The notes: generated by a model not told the origin, from the sequence alone. 64,000 nucleotides of DNA from Calditrichota bacterium (GCA_008501765.1 QQUE01000002.1:90520-154519); one strand, 5' to 3'. Numbered from the stretch's first letter, positions 1 to 10,856 are shown. Translations and numbers: made by a program.

Positions 1-189
1 ATTTATTTTCCGCATAAATATACAACCAGCAGCACAATTTTACAAAACCTCAGCTTATGCATCGTTACTGGAGCCGAATTGTCATCAACATCGCTGAAGG
101 TCTTTTAGAGCCGCGCTCACATGGATTTATTTAATGAATTGTAATGCTGCTGAATATAAATTTAAATATTCTAACCACCTGGGGCAGTT

Positions 190-1617
190 ATGACAAATGA
201 CCTAAATCTTTTTTTCGATCTTTCCGTGGATATGCTTTGTATTGCGAGTTCCGATGGTTACCTCAAACAAGTTAATCCGGCCTTTGAGAAAACACTTGGT
301 TGGACATCCGAGGAACTTCTCAATCAACCTTTCTTTAATTTTTTACATCCGGATGATATTGAGTCGACCAAAAACGAATTCCAAAAATTAGCGGCAGGCA
401 GTCCGAGTATTTCTATTGACAAGCGTATTCGGTGCCGCGATGGCAGCTACAAATATCTCTCGTGGACGGCTTCACCCGATCCCCAAAATACTCTTTTTTA
501 CTCCGTTTTACGCGACAATACCGAGCGCAGAAAAACCGAAGAATTTTTCCGGTTGGCAATCGAGGCCTCGCCCAGCGGTGTTATCATTGTCGATAGCCAT
601 GGAAAAATAACACTGGCCAATTCTCAAACTGAGAATTACTTCGGATATTCACGGCATGAATTATTGACGCAATCCGTGGATATGCTCGTTCCCGGGTCTT
701 CCGGAATAAATCACGCAGTGCTGCGCGCCGGCTTTTTTAATCACCCAACAGCCCGTGGCATGGGCGCTGGCAGAGACCTTTACGGCTTACGCAAAAACGG
801 TGAAAAATTTCCGGTTGAGATTGGATTAAATCCAATTGAAATTCAGGGCAGTCTCTTTGTTTTAGCTGTTATCGTAGATATTACTGAACGAAAGCGGATT
901 GAAGAAACCCTGCAAGTTGCAATGCAGGAGGCCAAAAGAGCCAACCAGCTAAAATCTGAATTTCTCAATCTTATGAGCCACGAGCTCAGGACCCCACTTA
1001 CGGTCATCCTGGGCAATATCCCGCTGCTCACAAATGAGAATGAACTGCCTGCAAATAGTGAGATAGCCGAAATTGCCCATGACATGGAAGATTCCGGCAA
1101 GCATCTTCTTGCGCTCATCAATGATTTGCTCGACATTTCAAAAATTGAGGCGGGGAAATTACAACTGCACCCGGAACCGATTAATGTCAAAGACCTGCTT
1201 CATAATGTGGCCTCCAACATAAAAATCCTTGCTGATAAAAAGGGACTGACATTGGAAATGGAATCTGCAGATAGCGAAATCAATGCTGATCTGGTACGGA
1301 TGAAACAGATATTGTTGAATTTGCTCAGCAATGCGGTTAAATTTACTGAAAAGGGCGGGATCCTGCTAAAAGCATCCGTTAGTGAAAACAAGATTAATTT
1401 TGAGGTGAAAGACACAGGTTGCGGTATTCGAAAAGAAGATTTATCCCAGCTTTTCAAAGTGTTTAACCAACTTGATGATTCAAAAACGCGTAAAGCAACG
1501 GGCACGGGTTTGGGTCTGGTTATTACCAAAAAATTAATAGAAATGCATGGGGGTGAAATAACCGTAGAAAGCAAACCGAACCAGGGGAGTACGTTCAAAT
1601 TTTTCATCCCCAAATAA
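190..1617 (+). CDS. PAS/PAC-domain sensor histidine kinase (two PAS modules, HisKA, HATPase_c)
   Basis: H-box MSHELRTPLT; N/G boxes LLSNAVKFT, DTGCGI, GTGLGLVITKKL; two PAS-like N-terminal modules; no obvious TM segment, so probably cytoplasmic. Confidence 0.9.
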   Translation: MTNDLNLFFDLSVDMLCIASSDGYLKQVNPAFEKTLGWTSEELLNQPFFNFLHPDDIESTKNEFQKLAAGSPSISIDKRIRCRDGSYKYLSWTASPDPQNTLFYSVLRDNTERRKTEEFFRLAIEASPSGVIIVDSHGKITLANSQTENYFGYSRHELLTQSVDMLVPGSSGINHAVLRAGFFNHPTARGMGAGRDLYGLRKNGEKFPVEIGLNPIEIQGSLFVLAVIVDITERKRIEETLQVAMQEAKRANQLKSEFLNLMSHELRTPLTVILGNIPLLTNENELPANSEIAEIAHDMEDSGKHLLALINDLLDISKIEAGKLQLHPEPINVKDLLHNVASNIKILADKKGLTLEMESADSEINADLVRMKQILLNLLSNAVKFTEKGGILLKASVSENKINFEVKDTGCGIRKEDLSQLFKVFNQLDDSKTRKATGTGLGLVITKKLIEMHGGEITVESKPNQGSTFKFFIPK

Positions 1618-1638
1618 ATGTTTCTTATGGAGAAATAA

Positions 1639-2016
1639 ATGGCAACCATTCTCATCATAGATGATGAAAATTACATAACCAGAATGCTCATCCGCCGTCT
1701 TGGGAGAGTTGGTCATACGGTGGAAACAGCTGATAATGGCCAGGCTGGTGTCGAAAAAGCCTTGAATCTTAAACCGGATCTGATTTTATTGGATATGCAC
1801 ATGCCGGTTATGGACGGATACACCGCCGCACGCACTCTGCGCAGTAAGGGCTACGCCGGCTTTATTTGTGCATTCACCGCATCAGCGATGGTTGAACATA
1901 CAAATAAGTCGCTGGATGCAGGATGTGACGCTTTTATCTCGAAACCGATCGAGAATGATTTTGAGACGAAAATAGAAGCCATATTAACAAAGCGGGAGCT
2001 GCCCAAAAATAAATAA
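1639..2016 (+). CDS. Single-domain response regulator (CheY-like receiver)
   Basis: ILIIDDE...LILLDMHMPVMDG...ISKP receiver signature; lies 21 nt after the kinase stop, so likely co-transcribed. Confidence 0.9.
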   Translation: MATILIIDDENYITRMLIRRLGRVGHTVETADNGQAGVEKALNLKPDLILLDMHMPVMDGYTAARTLRSKGYAGFICAFTASAMVEHTNKSLDAGCDAFISKPIENDFETKIEAILTKRELPKNK

Positions 2017-2122
2017 CTGAAACCGCAAAAGACACGGCAGTTGTCTGTTAAATTAACATGAATTCGACATAAGAAACTTGCACTAATATGTCTCGTCATC
2101 CTGGTTTTTGCTACACAAAATA

Positions 2123-2220
2123 CCGGGATCTTAATCGATTAAATTGACCAAAAGTTAAAGTGCTTTACCAAGGAGATCCCGGCATCGCGTTGGCACACAA
2201 GCCGGGATGACTTGTTTTAT
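2123..2220 (+). promoter_or_regulatory. Three-segment mutually exclusive hairpin element (terminator/antiterminator-like) between two signalling operons
   Basis: CCGGGATCT (2123-2131) is complementary to AGATCCCGG (2174-2182). The overlapping ATCCCGGC (2176-2183) is complementary to GCCGGGAT (2201-2208). This is followed by GACTTGTTTTAT. Confidence 0.35.
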
Positions 2221-2397
2221 ATTCAATTTGGGCTTACATAGAACCCACGGTAATTAATCCGGTAAAACTCCCGACGGGTGCAACGGCTGGATACTGCTGA
2301 TGCACCATGAACGTTCCGTTTGCTGGAAAGCCACATTGAACGGAATTAAAAAGAATAGAATCACTTGATCTATTTGCAATTTAGGAAGGATTTCTGA

Positions 2398-4089
2398 ATG
2401 AAGAAGCGTCTCCTTATCGTCGATGACGAAACGCGAATTCGCCACATGCTGGCTAAGCGTTTGGAACCGAAGTCCTATACAGTTGTCGAAGCCGAGAGTG
2501 GCCAACAGGCCATTAAAATCATCCAGTCCCAAGCAATAGATTTGGTGCTTTTAGACCAAAACATGCCCGAAATGGATGGGCTGACAACTTTCGAGAAAAT
2601 AAAAAATCTTACAGAACCAACGGTGCCTGTAATTATGCTAACCGCCCACGGATCGATTAAACTTGTACTCACTTTTCTAAAAGCCGGTGGTACCGATTTT
2701 GAAGAAAAACCCATCGATTTTGATATTCTGCATATTAAAATTGAGCGTGCACTTCGAGCATCCGAGAAATTGGGGCAAGAAATTAAACACCGCAAGGACG
2801 CTGAAATCTCCTTAAAAAAAGCTCACGATACGCTCGAAAAACGAGTTCTGGTGCGCACGGCTGCCCTTGCCAAAACCAACAAAAAACTGCAGAGTCAAAT
2901 TGCAGCCACACAAAAAGCCGAAAAAACCGTCCAGCTAAAAGATGAGCAATTGCGCCAGGCGCAAAAAATGGAATCTATCGGCCGGCTTGCTGGCGGCATC
3001 GCCCACGATTTTAACAACATTTTGACCGCAATCATCGGATATTGTGACTTTTTGCGCAACGACTTGAGTCCGGACAATCCTCAGCATGAAGACGTGTGTG
3101 AAATTAACAAAGCAGCCGAGCGGGCAACTGCATTGACACAGCAACTGCTCGCATTTAGCCGGCGGCAGTCACTGCAACCGGAAATATTTGATCTCAATGC
3201 GATCGTTAAAGATCTCCATCAAATGTTGCGCAACCTTATAAGCAAAAATATTCGTATTTTGCTTGATCTAACGGCGAAATCAAACCCCGTTAAAGTCGAT
3301 AAAACGCAAATGGAGCAGGTAATTCTCAACCTCGCGCTCAATGCCCGTGATTCGATGCCATCCGGTGGGGAACTTTCAATCAGCGTGAAAACCACAGAAA
3401 TCAGCACTGCTGAAGCTGCTGACCACCTCGATTTATCGCCCGGGTGCTACGTTTTACTGGAAATTAGCGATAGCGGAAAAGGCATAGATGAGGAAACACA
3501 ATCACACATATTTGAGCCCTTTTTCACTACCAAAGCACCCGGCAAAGGTACTGGTTTGGGTCTCTCCACTGTTTATGGCATCGTCAAGCAAAGCGATGGC
3601 CACATCGCTGTTGTCAGCAGTCCTGACAAAGGGACAAAATTTACCATTTTCCTGCCTTGTCAGGCGGAAACATCATCCAAAACAGTTCCTGAACAAACGA
3701 TCGAATCATTGGATGGAACAGAAACAATCCTATTCGTCGAAGATGAAGAATCCGTCCGCAATGTAGCGAAACGGATATTGGAAGATTATGGTTACACCGT
3801 GATTCTCGCTAACGGCGCCACGGAAGCTCAAACCGTGCTTGCAAAGCAAAAAAATCCGGTCCATCTGCTTATTACAGACCTGGTTTTGCCCAAAATCAGT
3901 GGCCCGGAATTAGCGAAGCAGCTCTCCAAAACCTATAAAAACATGAAAGTACTTTATGTCTCTGGCTATTCGCACGAACTGCTTTTAGAAAAGACGCAGG
4001 GTATCGAAAGCGCTTTTGTGCAGAAACCCTTCATTAGATTGAACCTGGCGCGAAGAGTACGCGAGGTATTAGACCAGCCAAAACAGTAA
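2398..4089 (+). CDS. Hybrid sensor kinase/response regulator, REC - coiled coil - HisKA - HATPase_c - REC
   Basis: N-terminal receiver (LLIVDDE...[11 protein letters not shown]); H-box [15 protein letters not shown]; G boxes [19 protein letters not shown]; C-terminal receiver (ILFVEDEE...[13 protein letters not shown]). Confidence 0.9.
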   Translation: MKKRLLIVDDETRIRHMLAKRLEPKSYTVVEAESGQQAIKIIQSQAIDLVLLDQNMPEMDGLTTFEKIKNLTEPTVPVIMLTAHGSIKLVLTFLKAGGTDFEEKPIDFDILHIKIERALRASEKLGQEIKHRKDAEISLKKAHDTLEKRVLVRTAALAKTNKKLQSQIAATQKAEKTVQLKDEQLRQAQKMESIGRLAGGIAHDFNNILTAIIGYCDFLRNDLSPDNPQHEDVCEINKAAERATALTQQLLAFSRRQSLQPEIFDLNAIVKDLHQMLRNLISKNIRILLDLTAKSNPVKVDKTQMEQVILNLALNARDSMPSGGELSISVKTTEISTAEAADHLDLSPGCYVLLEISDSGKGIDEETQSHIFEPFFTTKAPGKGTGLGLSTVYGIVKQSDGHIAVVSSPDKGTKFTIFLPCQAETSSKTVPEQTIESLDGTETILFVEDEESVRNVAKRILEDYGYTVILANGATEAQTVLAKQKNPVHLLITDLVLPKISGPELAKQLSKTYKNMKVLYVSGYSHELLLEKTQGIESAFVQKPFIRLNLARRVREVLDQPKQ

Positions 4090-4188
4090 TTTAACGGGAT
4101 ATCTGCTGCTGGTCAAAACCGACCTTTTCAGACAACCATTGCTTAAAAATTACTATATTTTTAATATTAACCTGGAGTGATACCATCG

Positions 4189-4683
4189 ATGGATATAAAT
4201 AGGAACTGGGGCACGGTCAAAAATCTTTTTAAAAGTTCATTCAAATCTTCCTTTCATTATGCGATTGCATCGGTGACTGAAGATGGCGAACCCCACGTTA
4301 CCCCAATTGGATCATTAATCTTAGGTAAATCCGGGCAAGGATTTTATTTCGAAAAATTCCCACAGCACCTACCGCAAAATATCAAAACAAATAAACAAAT
4401 CTGCGTGCTTGCCGTCAACAGCAGCCGCTGGTTTTGGTTCAAATCATTGGTCGGAGGAAAATTTACAACGCCTCCGGCTGTTCGGTTGCACGGCGTTGCT
4501 GGCGAACTGCGTGATGCAACAGACATTGAAATTGCGCTGTGGCAAAAAAGGGTAAATTCAGTCCGGTTTAGCAAGGGCCACGCATTGATGTGGCGCGAAA
4601 TGTGTATGGTGCGTGAGATAAAATTTAATAAAATTGAACCTGTACAAATTGGAAAAATGACGCGGGACAACTGGAGCCTGTAA
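4189..4683 (+). CDS. Pyridoxamine 5'-phosphate oxidase-like FMN-binding family protein (putative)
   Basis: FHYAIASVTEDGEPHVTPIGSL resembles the split-barrel PNPOx-like family. The ORF track starts at GTG 4177, but ATG 4189 sits better behind GGAG (4172-4175). Confidence 0.55.
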   Translation: MDINRNWGTVKNLFKSSFKSSFHYAIASVTEDGEPHVTPIGSLILGKSGQGFYFEKFPQHLPQNIKTNKQICVLAVNSSRWFWFKSLVGGKFTTPPAVRLHGVAGELRDATDIEIALWQKRVNSVRFSKGHALMWREMCMVREIKFNKIEPVQIGKMTRDNWSL

Positions 4684-4831
4684 GCCAAACGAACTGTACA
4701 TTTCACGCATTAGCGACCAATTCCACAACTTGGCTATCCAATGCCAGTATCGAAGGTGCGATGGGGAGTTTTCTTAAAAATACGCATACTCGAAAATCCA
4801 ATTTTTATTTTGTATAGATGCTGGAATTAAA

Positions 4832-5275
4832 ATGAATCACAACCAGTTCAAACTAATGTTGAATCTCTATCCACCGTATTGGGCGACTGGAATATCGGTC
4901 CGAAAAGTTTCCCCGGATTTCAAAGAAATTATCGTGCAAATGAAACTACGATGGTACAATCGAAATTTTGTTCGCACTCATTTTGGGGGCTCGCTTTATG
5001 CCATGGCCGATCCATTTTTCATGTTGATGCTGATACAAATTCTGGGAAAAGAATACATCGTTTGGGATAAAGCCGCTCATATTGATTTTATAAAACCCGG
5101 ACGCGGGGTGGTTACAGCCAGATTTGTTGTCTCCGAAAGCCAGATTGACGACATCATTTCCCGCACGGCTGACGGACAAAAGTATCTTCCCGAATTCACA
5201 GTTAACATTGTAAACGATGCTGGTGAAAAAGTAGCCAAGGTGATTAAATCGTTGTATATCCGGAGAAAAAAATAG
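4832..5275 (+). CDS. DUF4442-like hotdog-fold (thioesterase-like) protein
   Basis: LNLYPPYWATGISV...HFGGSLYAMADPFFMLML recalls the DUF4442/YiiD C-terminal hotdog family. This is recognition from memory only. Confidence 0.55.
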   Translation: MNHNQFKLMLNLYPPYWATGISVRKVSPDFKEIIVQMKLRWYNRNFVRTHFGGSLYAMADPFFMLMLIQILGKEYIVWDKAAHIDFIKPGRGVVTARFVVSESQIDDIISRTADGQKYLPEFTVNIVNDAGEKVAKVIKSLYIRRKK

Positions 5276-5350
5276 AATCAAATTCGTCCCGATTCCGCGA
5301 CCTAAGCAAAAACCGGACATGAAATTAGAATTCCCTTCATCTGTCGGAGA

Positions 5351-6334
5351 ATGAAAATGAAAAACCAGCTCTCCCCATCCCAAATTATTGGTTTAGCCCT
5401 ACTTATTTTTGCAGCGTTCTGGGATTGTTCAGAAAAAAGCACCAGCCCCGATCGCAAGCCGGGACCAGAATTTGAGCTCGGAAAAAATCGCTACACCCTG
5501 GAAATCGATGGTGACAAACGAGAATATTTCGTCCATGTTCCAATGGGTTACGATGCAAATAATGCAACACCCGTTGTTTTTATGCTGCACGGAGCTTCAG
5601 GACGCGGTGAATGGATGTATAAGTTTTCGGGTTGGAAGGAGTTGGGCGAAGAAGAAAATATTCTGACGGTTTTCCCCACAGCATGGAGTTATTGCTGGAT
5701 CAAGGCGAATGACGTAGTGAGAGACACAACGCGCTGGAATAGTTTTCCCGGAATATTTACATTCTGCGCGGGAGAAAAACCACGGGATGACGTAAAATTT
5801 CTCCGGCACATCGTTGATGATTTGAAGCAAAAATTTACGGTAGATTCGCAAAGAATTTACATGGTTGGTTTTTCCAGCGGGGGCCAGATGGCCTTTCGCT
5901 GCGCGGTGGAAATGAGTGATGTAATTGCCGCTGTGGTACAATCGGGCGGCACGCATCAGATTGATACCGTATTTACACCCGTTAGAAATTTACCCATAAC
6001 CTTTGAATTGGGCAATAAAGACGAAACCTGGTTTCAAGACGGCGCCGAAGCGCCGCTGTCCATATTCGACGATGTTTTGAAAAATCACTACCTCTTCAAA
6101 AGAATTGTAAACGTTCATATTAATTCGTTTTATTGTGAATCTATCTACCAAATGTCCGGAGACACAACATCAGCATTAACAGCAACCTACAAAGGCATTC
6201 CCAATATAGGCAATCGCGTCTTTAATTTTACGCTAATCGATGGCTTGGACCATTCCTACCCCAATACTGTCAACCATCCGATGAATGGCGCCCGGCAAAA
6301 CTGGGACTGGTTGCAACAATATTTTCTCCGGTAA
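5351..6334 (+). CDS. Secreted alpha/beta-hydrolase esterase (PHB depolymerase / LpqC-like family)
   Basis: N-terminal hydrophobic signal segment; HGASGRG oxyanion-type motif; nucleophile elbow GFSSGGQM. Confidence 0.7.
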   Translation: MKMKNQLSPSQIIGLALLIFAAFWDCSEKSTSPDRKPGPEFELGKNRYTLEIDGDKREYFVHVPMGYDANNATPVVFMLHGASGRGEWMYKFSGWKELGEEENILTVFPTAWSYCWIKANDVVRDTTRWNSFPGIFTFCAGEKPRDDVKFLRHIVDDLKQKFTVDSQRIYMVGFSSGGQMAFRCAVEMSDVIAAVVQSGGTHQIDTVFTPVRNLPITFELGNKDETWFQDGAEAPLSIFDDVLKNHYLFKRIVNVHINSFYCESIYQMSGDTTSALTATYKGIPNIGNRVFNFTLIDGLDHSYPNTVNHPMNGARQNWDWLQQYFLR

Positions 6335-6731
6335 TTACATACAAAAATGACTTCATATTTCACGCTGTTACAAAAGACACATTATTAATGACAAATATAC
6401 TTGCATTATATTTATTTATGGGCTATCATATTGACAGCCCATAGAATACATAGACAAATGTGACAAACCGATTCCACGCAAACAGTTTTTTTTAATACCT
6501 CACTCCTTTCCCAATCTCTCTCAGATTTATTCGTGGGTTTTCATTCGTATCCATGTTTCTCATTCTAAATTAAACGCTTATTTTTATTGGGCTTTCACCT
6601 AAAATAACAACGAAGATTGTAATAAAATTCTGCTCAGTTGAGCGATTCAAATTATAAATTAACCTACCTAACACAGATTGTTTTCTTAAAAATTTCATTT
6701 AATCCTATCCATTTTTTTAAAGGAGTAAGTC

Positions 6732-7361
6732 ATGAGGAAAATGAGTGTATTGATCGGTATGCTTTTTATTACTTTCATGGTCGTACCTTTATATGGCCAG
6801 GTGGATATTGGTCTCATTGGCGGATTGAATATCGCCAACGCCACAATTGACCCAGATCAGGGAGTCGACTGGGAAAGCAGAACCGTGTTTGGAGTTGGTG
6901 GTGTATTAGATTATAGCCTATCTGAGGTTATGATTCTCAATGTAGAACCCATGTATTTGCAAAAAGGAACCAAAGCGGAAGACGGCGATGATAAAGTAGA
7001 GTACAAAATTGATTATATTGAAGTTCCCGTTATGTTCAAGTATCTCTTTGGCAGCAATGATCTGAAACCCTATGTTATGACAGGGCCATCCATTGGGATT
7101 CTTTTGAATGCAAAAACGGACTTTACCATGGATGGATTTTCAGATGAAGTAGATATCAAAGATGATACCAAGAGTATCAATTTTAGCCTTGGTTTCGGCG
7201 CCGGGGTGAGCATGCCAATGGGGAACAAAACGGTGTTTGTGGAAGCGCGCTATGCTCTTGGTTTAACAAATGTTAACGACGATCCCGAAGATACTGAAAC
7301 CGATGTAAAAACCAAAGACATTCAGATTTTTGCCGGCTTTACTTTCCCATTTGGTAATTGA
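6732..7361 (+). CDS. Outer-membrane beta-barrel protein (porin family / OmpA-like barrel)
   Basis: AAGGAG RBS; signal peptide ending ...VVPLYGQ; alternating amphipathic strands; C-terminal aromatic FTFPFGN. Confidence 0.7.
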   Translation: MRKMSVLIGMLFITFMVVPLYGQVDIGLIGGLNIANATIDPDQGVDWESRTVFGVGGVLDYSLSEVMILNVEPMYLQKGTKAEDGDDKVEYKIDYIEVPVMFKYLFGSNDLKPYVMTGPSIGILLNAKTDFTMDGFSDEVDIKDDTKSINFSLGFGAGVSMPMGNKTVFVEARYALGLTNVNDDPEDTETDVKTKDIQIFAGFTFPFGN

Positions 7362-7447
7362 TATTTAAATACGACAACGCCCGGAAACTGTCCGATTAAT
7401 GGCATTAAACATATCAACTACCAAACACTCTAAAATTTACCTGGAGG

Positions 7448-7482
7448 ATTTCAGCTCTACTGAAAAATTGTGGAGCTGAAAT
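7448..7482 (+). terminator. Hairpin downstream of the OM barrel gene
   Basis: 10-bp stem ATTTCAGCTC (7448-7457) / GAGCTGAAAT (7473-7482). The trailing T-run is weak. Confidence 0.35.
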
Positions 7483-7684
7483 TCGATTAAAAGAAAAACT
7501 CTGAACAGGCAGACGAGGGGAGCAGATGTTTAAAAACGAAATTTCCCGACGGGTTGTTGTGCCAATTTTGTCCAGCTTTTTACAAAATTGTGTTGCTTAT
7601 AAATCTGTGACTCTTCAAAATGAGGATTCAATTCCCCAAGGCCCCCAAATGGGTGCGTAACTTTGTTGATTAATGGAGATTAAA

Positions 7685-8023
7685 ATGACATCTAAATATG
7701 CAATTCCACTTGTTTTGTGGATATCGATTGTAAGTTTAGCCATTTTTAGTGTATTTCATTTTATAATTGGCTTCGAAAAACCAACTCAATTTATCTCCCT
7801 GGCTATTAATATTCTGCTTATTTTTGGAATTATTCAGCTGAAAAAATGGGCATATTTTCTCACCATTTTTGTATCACTTTTGGCCCCAATAATTTTAATT
7901 TTTCAATTGAGCGGTTATAGCATAATTATACTCATTCTAAATTTGACTGTGTTGGTTCCGGTTCTTATTTGTACAAAATCATTTATTAATACAACAAGCA
8001 CAGTGAGCTCTGTTACCAATTGA
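7685..8023 (+). CDS. Small polytopic membrane protein, unknown function
   Basis: Three or four hydrophobic helices. The ATG at 7685 has GGAG 7 nt upstream. The ORF track start 7673 is also possible. Confidence 0.5.
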   Translation: MTSKYAIPLVLWISIVSLAIFSVFHFIIGFEKPTQFISLAINILLIFGIIQLKKWAYFLTIFVSLLAPIILIFQLSGYSIIILILNLTVLVPVLICTKSFINTTSTVSSVTN

Positions 8024-8096
8024 TTATTATATGGTGATTTTCTTAAAACTGTGCGATACAGTTATTTTCCAATGATAAAAAATCAAGGAGAATACC

Positions 8097-8549
8097 ATGA
8101 TAAAATTAAAATTCTTTGCGCTATTTTTAATTCTTTCCTATGCCATAGGTCCCGTTACTTTTGCCCAAACTGCAGAGTCTTCCCCGCATCAAAAATTTCT
8201 TGGAAATTGGAGCAATATCGATCCCGCAGGTGACCTTGTAAAAGTGCAGGTGTTTAAGCAAAAGGATGGGAAACACTGGCAAATTCAGGCTTGGGGCAAA
8301 TGCGAGCCTAAAAACTGTGACTGGGGTAAAGTGACACTCAATTTAGTTGGATCGTCTATTTCTGACAAATCATTCGAATACGGATTTGCGGTGTGGGAAT
8401 TTGAAGGGCGATCAAAAGTTGATATGACAACATATTTATTACTGAAAATTGATGGTGAACAGCTTGTAATTGAAAAAATTACAATATTTAGTGACGGATC
8501 GAAAAGATCGAACTACCGCAGCTTTTACCTGTTAAAACGGGAGAAATAA
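8097..8549 (+). CDS. Secreted hypothetical protein
   Basis: AAGGAG RBS; signal peptide MIKLKFFALFLILSYAIGPVTFAQ; no recognisable family. Confidence 0.6.
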   Translation: MIKLKFFALFLILSYAIGPVTFAQTAESSPHQKFLGNWSNIDPAGDLVKVQVFKQKDGKHWQIQAWGKCEPKNCDWGKVTLNLVGSSISDKSFEYGFAVWEFEGRSKVDMTTYLLLKIDGEQLVIEKITIFSDGSKRSNYRSFYLLKREK

Positions 8550-8587
8550 ATTCGGACTCGCTTACATTTTCCGAACACTCTGGCTCT

Positions 8588-9808
8588 TTACATAAACAAC
8601 AGCCGCAAATATGTCCATGGATTCAACAGCACTTTTCGTGGAGTCACTCCGGCCATCATTTCAGAGATTAACGTGCGGACTTCCTCATTTTTCGCGGCTT
8701 TGTTGACAACGAGATTGAGCAGCGGCTGATAGCGTCCGAGTTTTTGCAACATGGTGCTGGTGCGCAATTCATCCCCCAACTCCTGCCAGAGCTTTTGATC
8801 GTATTCCTGCAACCGTGCGGCAGAAAAATCACTGCCGTGGCAGAGTTTTGTCATCAATTCTGCTGCGATTTTTCCGGAGCACATGGCGTTGCCGATGCCC
8901 TCGCCCGAAAATGGATCGATGAGCCCCGCAGCATCGCCTAACAGTAAAAATCCATCGCCATGAACTTTGCGCTGCGTGCTGCCAACAGGCAAATTCCACC
9001 CGGAAATTTTTCCCAGTAGCTCTGCATCTTTAAATCGCTCCTTAAAATAGGGCGATTCCACCGCCGCAACGTGGGCTTCCGGCAGGCTAATCTTTCGCTT
9101 TTTCAGCTCGTTGTGCAACATGCCAATGCCGACATTGACTTTGCCGTCTTCCAGTGGAAAAATCCAAAAATAACCGGGCAAAACGTCTTTTACAAAATGA
9201 ATTTCGATCGCCTGCGTCATTTCGGTGACACCCTGATAATAAGCCCGGGTCGCCACTACCCAATGTTTTGGTTCGTGCTCGTAAAAGCCCAGTTTTCGGG
9301 AAATCATCGATTTATACCCATCCGCACCGATGACAACTTTGGCCGTTATATTTTTCATCTCGTCACTGCCATTTACGCCTGCGACCCCGGTGACAGTGCC
9401 CTTATTTCGCAGAATCTCGGTAACTTTAAATCCCTCCATTGTTTCTACTTCTTTTTTCGCCTGCTGAAATAATATATTGTCATACACTTCACGGCGGCAG
9501 ACGAACCCCGGTGAAATACCATCATTCTCTCGCGGAATAAACGGCACGGTTATTTTTGTACCATTGGGCGCTGAAAACAAAATGCCATTCACCGCGACCT
9601 GTGGCGATTGCTGCACAGCTTCAATCAAACCCAATTCTTCCAGGTAGTTAACGCTTTTTCCGGAAATGGCATCGCCACAGATTTTATCGCGAGGGAAGGA
9701 TTTTTTATCTAAAAGCAGGACTCTGAGTCCGGCGCGGGCAGCATATAAAGCACAGGTGGAACCGGCAGGGCCAGCCCCGACAATTACAATATCATAGTCG
9801 TACGACAT
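8588..9808 (-). CDS. Geranylgeranyl reductase family FAD-dependent oxidoreductase
   Basis: [12 protein letters not shown] dinucleotide fold; [15 protein letters not shown] motif typical of the GGR/FixC-like family. Confidence 0.85.
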   Translation of the reverse strand: MSYDYDIVIVGAGPAGSTCALYAARAGLRVLLLDKKSFPRDKICGDAISGKSVNYLEELGLIEAVQQSPQVAVNGILFSAPNGTKITVPFIPRENDGISPGFVCRREVYDNILFQQAKKEVETMEGFKVTEILRNKGTVTGVAGVNGSDEMKNITAKVVIGADGYKSMISRKLGFYEHEPKHWVVATRAYYQGVTEMTQAIEIHFVKDVLPGYFWIFPLEDGKVNVGIGMLHNELKKRKISLPEAHVAAVESPYFKERFKDAELLGKISGWNLPVGSTQRKVHGDGFLLLGDAAGLIDPFSGEGIGNAMCSGKIAAELMTKLCHGSDFSAARLQEYDQKLWQELGDELRTSTMLQKLGRYQPLLNLVVNKAAKNEEVRTLISEMMAGVTPRKVLLNPWTYLRLLFM

Positions 9809-10056
9809 AAACCAGAGTTACTCCAAAAGGAAGAAAAATGTGTAAATTGAACTTAAAATTAAAGATGTGGAATATAGCAGGAATGCAAATAAATTGCAAT
9901 GGACAATCCCAAACAAGGCAAAACAAATATCACATTCCAAGTGTGCTTTTATTACATCTTTTAATAAAAAATATACAATTTACGAAATAAACAACTCTCA
10001 CCAGCGGTTTATAATGCTATACACAGAAACTAATTATTAATAAAAAAGGACTTTTA

Positions 10057-10743
10057 ATGAAAAAAATGGTACTAAGTTTGGCCGCCCTTTCTTTTTTAGC
10101 TTCGATTACTTTTTTAATAGCCCGTAGTTTTCGTCCGTCAGAAATTCCCAATGGCGGTGTAAATACATGTTCCAATTGTCATTTTAATCCTGCTGGAGGT
10201 GGAGCACGCAATCTTTTTGGGCAGGAAGTTGAAGCCAATCACCTGTCTACCCCGGGTCCAGCCGGGCATGTGCAATGGAGTCCTGCTTTAGCGCAACTGG
10301 ATTCTGATGGCGACGGTTTTACCAACGGCCAAGAATTACAGGATCCCGATGGGACCTGGAAAATCGGCGATCCCGCACCCGGCGATCCCAATCTCGTGAC
10401 ACTACCCGGCGACCCCAATAGCCATCCGAGCACGACGTCTGTCGCTGTTGCCGCTCAAGTTCCGGCGCAGTACGAACTTCTCGGCAACTATCCCAATCCG
10501 TTCAATCCTGAAACCACGATCCGATTTCAGATTGCGGATAATAGCCTTGTCGCGATTGCCATTTTTAATGCACGCGGACAATTTATCAGAAATTTAGCAA
10601 ATGGGGATTTTAGTGCGGGAACGCACAATATTCTTTGGAATGGAAAAAATGAAGCGGGTATTTCTGTAAATTCAGGCGTATATTTTTACCGCCTGACCAC
10701 TGAGGGATTTTCGCAAACAAAACGCATGTTATTGCTGAAATAG
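10057..10743 (+). CDS. Small secreted protein with a CxxCH motif, a TSP3-like acidic Ca-binding repeat and a T9SS C-terminal sorting domain
   Basis: Signal peptide; CSNCH at nt 10168-10182; DSDGDGFTNGQELQDPDG; tail NYPNPFNPETTIRF...GVYFYRL...KRMLLLK. Confidence 0.75.
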   Translation: MKKMVLSLAALSFLASITFLIARSFRPSEIPNGGVNTCSNCHFNPAGGGARNLFGQEVEANHLSTPGPAGHVQWSPALAQLDSDGDGFTNGQELQDPDGTWKIGDPAPGDPNLVTLPGDPNSHPSTTSVAVAAQVPAQYELLGNYPNPFNPETTIRFQIADNSLVAIAIFNARGQFIRNLANGDFSAGTHNILWNGKNEAGISVNSGVYFYRLTTEGFSQTKRMLLLK

Positions 10744-10790
10744 TAGCAATTGATACGTGTACATTGGCCCACAAATCGATTTTCTATTAC

Positions 10791-10823
10791 AAAAAAAAAG
10801 CAGCCCTTGAAGCTGCTTTTTTT
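10791..10823. terminator. Bidirectional rho-independent terminator between convergent genes
   Basis: AAAAAAAAAGCAGC-CCTTGAA-GCTGCTTTTTTT: an A-run, a GC stem and a T-run. Confidence 0.7.
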
Positions 10824-10856
10824 GTATCTCAATTGATCCACCTTTTCCCGATGCTT

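Noticed and set aside
2254-2532. A 92-aa minus-strand ORF overlapping the start of the hybrid kinase.
   Set aside because: It overlaps a well-supported receiver domain on the other strand, and it has no motif and no RBS.
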